Below are positions 62,030 to 64,000 of a DNA stretch of 64,000 nt, in pieces (positions within the stretch are counted from its first letter, which is position 1; each line of letters starts with the position of its first letter). The DNA is taken from positions 3,205 to 67,204 of the IMG/VR virus record IMGVR_UViG_3300025466_000029. One strand, 5' to 3'. Source of the DNA: a virus. Both the position numbers and the translations under genes were made by a program. The notes beneath the pieces are model-generated. The model had not been told where the DNA came from. It made no database searches and saw only the letters and a list, made by a program, of their open reading frames with translations.

Positions 62030-62358
62030 GTGACTATTTTAAGGTAATGGGGTTAGTGCTACTGTTAGTATTCTCAGTGGCATTTGTAGGGTTCTTTGGT
62101 AATCTGATTGGATTAGGTAGTTATGCTTTCTTTGCACCGAAGATAGAGCAAGTGCGGTACAACACGTTCAAGGAATCACAGACATATAACGACGGAATGC
62201 TACGTGATTTACAAGAACTAAAGATGCAATACCTAACAGCAAACGATGACCAAAAGGCGGCACTACGTGCGATTACATTACAACGCTTTAGTGTCTATCC
62301 AACTGATAGATTGCCTGCGGATTTACAAAGCTTTTATTTAACACTACGAGGAAACTAA
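62026..62358 (+). CDS. membrane-anchored protein
   Basis: N-terminal TM helix; VR...F.ESQ.Y..G. Confidence 0.7.
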   Translation: MSDYFKVMGLVLLLVFSVAFVGFFGNLIGLGSYAFFAPKIEQVRYNTFKESQTYNDGMLRDLQELKMQYLTANDDQKAALRAITLQRFSVYPTDRLPADLQSFYLTLRGN

Positions 62359-62359
62359 A

Positions 62360-62860
62360 ATGAATAAACTATTATTAGCACTACCATTGGCATTAGTATT
62401 AACAGCGTGTGAGGAAAGACCTAGGTCATCTGATGATGTACAACATGCGCAACAAGAACAGATTATGCAACAAAGCAATATGTCAGTAGGTATGCCAGCG
62501 ATTGTAAACTTCCAAGAAAAACGTATTCTTAAAGATATTTATGAGCGCAGAGATAAGGCAATTGTTACTATCACGTACACACAAGACTTAAATGCAGGGC
62601 TTCATAAACTATGTGACAGTATTGGTTATGGTATTCCAGCCGCGACTCAGTATACAAACCCAATGCACGTATCTCGTGAGCATATTGGTAACGGAGAAGG
62701 TTCAACAATCGTAACCCTACCACAAGCAGACCCGAATGGTTTGTTTAGCCCACCAAGTGCAGAAGGTACATGGGTAATGTGTAAAGACCCTAACAGCGAT
62801 AAAGTAGAGCCTATCTATTCAGAGCCACGCATCATTGTTAGTACGTTTCCATTAAAATAA
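62360..62860 (+). CDS. lipoprotein
   Basis: LALVLTAC lipobox; GYGIP..TQ.TNP, PQADPNGLF, GTWV.C. Confidence 0.8.
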   Translation: MNKLLLALPLALVLTACEERPRSSDDVQHAQQEQIMQQSNMSVGMPAIVNFQEKRILKDIYERRDKAIVTITYTQDLNAGLHKLCDSIGYGIPAATQYTNPMHVSREHIGNGEGSTIVTLPQADPNGLFSPPSAEGTWVMCKDPNSDKVEPIYSEPRIIVSTFPLK

Positions 62861-62904
62861 TATGCGAGCCGTTATTACAAACTAAGTACGGAGATAAAAA
62901 TAAG

Positions 62905-63465
62905 GTGGGTGAATTAAATAACTTTATACCTGCATCATATGCGGATGAGATTGAACATACGTTATCAAGTTCAATGTTTCCATGGTATTGGAATGAGGCT
63001 AGTATTGTATATGAATATAAAGGTACAGTGGATACACCTTTTTCAAGAAAAGATTATCAGTTTACTCACCGATTTTACGCTGACAATGAAGCGGTCTCTG
63101 ATTATTTTATGTTGATAAAGCCATTGGTTTTATTCTTTGAGTCAGCAACAGGTATTAAAGTTAAAAGACTTGTTCGTGCTAAGGCTAACTTGACTACGCG
63201 TATAAACGTGTCTGATTCAGAAATGCTCGAAGCAGTTCATGTAGATGCTTATCATTGCGATACTCAACACATTTCAATGGTGTATTACGTCTGTGATTCT
63301 GATGGTGATACGGTGGTGATGGATGATAATTACAACATTGTTGCTTCTAAATCACCAGCTAAAGGTACAGCGTTTTATTTTTCATCATTTGATAAACATA
63401 GACCTACTCCACCAGTTGAGTATAAACGGCGCATTATAATTAATATAGTAATGGAGATAGAATAA
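62905..63465 (+). CDS. 2OG-Fe(II) oxygenase-like protein
   Basis: FPWY, RAKANL, HVD, YYV..SDG.T, H....P....R.IIN. Confidence 0.75.
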   Translation: MGELNNFIPASYADEIEHTLSSSMFPWYWNEASIVYEYKGTVDTPFSRKDYQFTHRFYADNEAVSDYFMLIKPLVLFFESATGIKVKRLVRAKANLTTRINVSDSEMLEAVHVDAYHCDTQHISMVYYVCDSDGDTVVMDDNYNIVASKSPAKGTAFYFSSFDKHRPTPPVEYKRRIIINIVMEIE

Positions 63466-63555
63466 TATGTGGGTTCTTCTTGACTTTGATGGTGAACCGA
63501 TAAGATACTATGACTTTCCAGCTGAAGGAACGGTTGAATTGTGAATGTGGAGAAC

Positions 63556-64000
63556 ATGATGACCTCTAAAGACGAAGCATTAAAGATGGCGATTGAATAT
63601 TTGGAGTACGAAAAAGAAATATGGAGAGGGCAAGGCGCAATTAAAGGTGCTGAATATTATGATAAGCCTATCAACGCCTGCAAAGAAGCACTAGAACACC
63701 CACTCACAAGAGATTGGAAAGAAACAATAGACGAACGTATTGCTAGAGATAGTGAGTTTAAGGAAGCACTAGAACAACCAGAGATAGGCGATGCTGAAAT
63801 TAAACAGATGCTAAATGATATTGAGTATTATCAAAAGCGTATTGAAGCACTAGAACAACCAGCGCAAGAACCTGTAGCTTGGATGTTGATGGGTATTGAA
63901 GACCAAAAACCAAAATTACTTACATTGCAAATTATTGATAATGTTGAAGGCACTTGGACACCACTCTACACCCACCCTCATCAATGGCAAGGATTAACGG
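63556..64000 (+). CDS. modular accessory protein (3' truncated) with EALE(H/Q)P repeats
   Basis: EALKMAIE..., 3x EALE[HQ]P, QEPVAW, PLYT, W.GLT; runs off the window. Confidence 0.7.
   Translation, partial: MMTSKDEALKMAIEYLEYEKEIWRGQGAIKGAEYYDKPINACKEALEHPLTRDWKETIDERIARDSEFKEALEQPEIGDAEIKQMLNDIEYYQKRIEALEQPAQEPVAWMLMGIEDQKPKLLTLQIIDNVEGTWTPLYTHPHQWQGLT

Noticed and set aside
63685-63860. CRISPR-like repeat-spacer pattern
   Set aside because: The repeats are only ~14-17 bp, non-palindromic and in frame inside a CDS; no cas genes are present.

Overview
This window is most of a tailed dsDNA phage genome (podovirus-type virion genes, no integrase seen), opened inside a VRR-NUC gene. It has three blocks. 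(1) Rightward replication genes at 1-11.9 kb: family A DNA polymerase, PD-(D/E)XK exonuclease, HNH, SNF2 helicase, SSB-like protein and a primase-helicase. (2) Leftward virion/lysis genes at 12-48.6 kb: TerS, TerL, portal, GroES, scaffold, capsid, adaptors, fibres, M15 endolysin and ejection proteins. (3) Rightward early/accessory genes at 48.9-64 kb: origin-like inverted repeat, M28 peptidase, MoxR-vWA module, PAPS-reductase-like protein and 2OG oxygenases. A 23-aa pqqA gene missed by the ORF track points to a PQQ-using, Methylophilaceae-like host. The strongest candidate for a new system is a ~75-nt promoter-to-terminator sRNA at 11.96-12.03 kb, whose unpaired segment is complementary to the GGAGAA-type ribosome-binding sites of many early and replication genes but almost no late genes. 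Other highlights: five palindromic operator-like sites in the early region; a double-pseudoknot 5' leader at 39.1-39.2 kb; a recurrent hydrophobic-x-x-GG motif in internal virion proteins, with a candidate peptidase; a copy of the capsid C-terminal motif in an early protein; five paralogous mini winged-helix-like proteins; and a lipoprotein ORF nested in the lysis cassette. All product calls come from motif recognition by eye; no database searches were run.
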